Positions 53,123-54,327 of a stretch of DNA of 54,327 nucleotides are shown piece after piece. Position numbers and translations under genes: made by a program. A model generated the notes under the pieces. The model was not told where the DNA came from, did not search any database, and saw only the letters and a program-made list of their open reading frames with translations. Source of the stretch: Acidimicrobiales bacterium (GTDB taxonomy: Bacteria > Actinomycetota > Acidimicrobiia > Acidimicrobiales > Ilumatobacteraceae); assembly GCA_035550895.1 (NCBI GenBank), contig DASZOG010000163.1, positions 1-54,327 on the forward strand. Direction: 5' to 3'. Each line of letters opens with the position of its first letter. Position 1 is the first letter of the stretch.

Positions 53123-54322
53123 TTAGCGCAGCGCGGCAGTGAGGAAGTCGGTGACCCGCTGCTCCCACTCTTGTGGTTGCGCGTCGAGTCCGTCGGTGTG
53201 GTCCGCACCCGGCACCGTCCACTGCGTGACGCGTTCGGGGGCTGCTGAGGCGATGTGCTCCGCGGCGTGGGCCTCGTCGGCCACGTTCCCCGCGGTGATG
53301 AGCAGGAAGCGGGTGCCGTCCGCGCGGGACACGGCGGTACGCAGCGACGTCGGCCGGGAGGCCGCCGTCAGCAGATCGGTCAACGGGTCACGGACCGAGT
53401 TGAGCCACTCCTGCACCGTCCCGCGGACGCCGTACTCCTCTGACAACCAGGAATGATCGCCGCCGAAGCGGCCGGTGGCGCCCTCGGCCACGACGGCGCG
53501 CAGCGCGCGGTTCGTCGCCGCCGCCCCGATGGCCTCCTCGCCGCCCATGGACATCCCGACCGCGCCGATGCGACCTTCTTCGATGTCGGGCTGTTCAGCG
53601 AGGAAACACGTCGCCGCTTCGATGTCGCGATCTCCGTACCAGCCGAACTCCATGCTCCGGCCGTCGCTCTCGCCGTGTCCGCGCGCGTCCAGGAGCAGCA
53701 CCCCGAAGCCGTGGCGCGCCAGGACGGCCGCCTGATCGAGCACATCGGAACGGGTCGAGCCCGACCCGTGCAGCAGGACAACCGCCGCGCCGTTGGTCGA
53801 AGCGACGTACCACCCGGCCAGCTGCACCCCGTCGCTCGTCCGGAGAGGCACCGATTCGTACGCCAGATCTACGCTCGCCGGACTCGCGCCGATCTCGGGC
53901 CGCGGCGCGTTGGTTGCCATGACCGCAGGCACGACGACCCACCCGATCACCGCCGTGGCCACGACGAGTGCCAGCGCGCCAGCGATGCGAAACACCAGTT
54001 GGTGGCCGCGGAGCACCCGCGCCGTGGTGGCGACGAGGATCACCGCGCCCGCGGCCACTGCGACCAGCGCGGCGATCGTGAGGAGCAGCGAGCCGCCCTT
54101 GACGAGGTGCGGCAGGAATCCGCCGCCGATGCACACGAGCGCCACGCCGAAGGCGATGCCGGCGTAGCCGCCCACACGCTCCCCCCGACCGTCGAGGGCG
54201 AGCACACCGGCGGTGATCGCGAGCACGGCGACGACGCGCACGATCTGCCACCCCAGGCTCCCGTCGTGGCCCACCAGCACCGCGAGGGCAAGCCCCCCGG
54301 CGACGATCGCCGACACGCGCAC
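53123..54322 (-). CDS. membrane-anchored alpha/beta hydrolase
   Basis: ~4 N-terminal TM helices, then VVLLHGSGSTRSD, DARGHGESDG and the nucleophile elbow GMSMGG. The inferred GTG start at 54320-54322 is 5 nt from the window edge, so the true N-terminus may lie outside. Confidence 0.8.
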   Translation of the reverse strand: MRVSAIVAGGLALAVLVGHDGSLGWQIVRVVAVLAITAGVLALDGRGERVGGYAGIAFGVALVCIGGGFLPHLVKGGSLLLTIAALVAVAAGAVILVATTARVLRGHQLVFRIAGALALVVATAVIGWVVVPAVMATNAPRPEIGASPASVDLAYESVPLRTSDGVQLAGWYVASTNGAAVVLLHGSGSTRSDVLDQAAVLARHGFGVLLLDARGHGESDGRSMEFGWYGDRDIEAATCFLAEQPDIEEGRIGAVGMSMGGEEAIGAAATNRALRAVVAEGATGRFGGDHSWLSEEYGVRGTVQEWLNSVRDPLTDLLTAASRPTSLRTAVSRADGTRFLLITAGNVADEAHAAEHIASAAPERVTQWTVPGADHTDGLDAQPQEWEQRVTDFLTAALR

Positions 54323-54327
54323 CTGAC

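Noticed and set aside
52809-53126. 105-aa ORF as an intact small gene
   Set aside because: Only residues ~43-92 resemble anything (the SulP N-terminus). The flanks are Arg-rich junk and the 3' end overlaps the convergent hydrolase gene. It is treated as a gene remnant.

Overview
Very GC-rich (by eye about 70% or more), densely coding chromosomal segment of actinobacterial type. GTG starts are frequent, GC3 is strongly skewed, and promoters are of the TANNNT type. I support 47 protein genes and one gene remnant. I found no rRNA, tRNA, CRISPR array, transposase or integrase. Gene order: def (partial), a secreted CHRD protein, a DUF4916/NUDIX-like gene with hutU, then a 616-bp ORF-free gap that appears to hold a promoter-to-terminator unit for a ~390-nt structured RNA I cannot classify. 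Next come an AAC(2')-I-like acetyltransferase and a 1095-aa P-loop/TPR STAND protein. The STAND gene is divergent from an operon of ECF sigma, minimal ZAS anti-sigma and orphan NuoF-like protein. Then mug, a VOC protein, and a MacB-type ABC exporter divergent from a NarL-type two-component system. After that, an MFS::cNMP-binding fusion and a Liv-type uptake locus (lipoprotein SBP, one 1137-aa LivH-LivM-LivG-LivF fusion ORF, coupled C45 peptidase). Two amidases follow, then a beta-oxidation-like acyl-CoA cluster (2 ACAD, 3 crotonases, CoA ligase, DUF35 plus SCPx-type thiolase, MFS, terminal TetR) and a bicupin. The last block is LysR, a DMGDH/GcvT-like oxidase, TauD, two amidohydrolases, ROK, a TPP enzyme, PPOX, an FAD monooxygenase, DUF3500, a SHOCT membrane protein, a SulP N-terminal remnant and an alpha/beta hydrolase. 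Most worth a second look: the candidate RNA at ~3.8-4.2 kb, the sigma/anti-sigma/NuoF-like module with its STAND neighbour, the four-domain Liv fusion, and two pairs of promoters that share long identical spacer motifs. Many long ORFs in the supplied track are antisense or out-of-frame artefacts of high GC and were rejected. All calls rest on reading the sequence and recalling family motifs; no searches were run.
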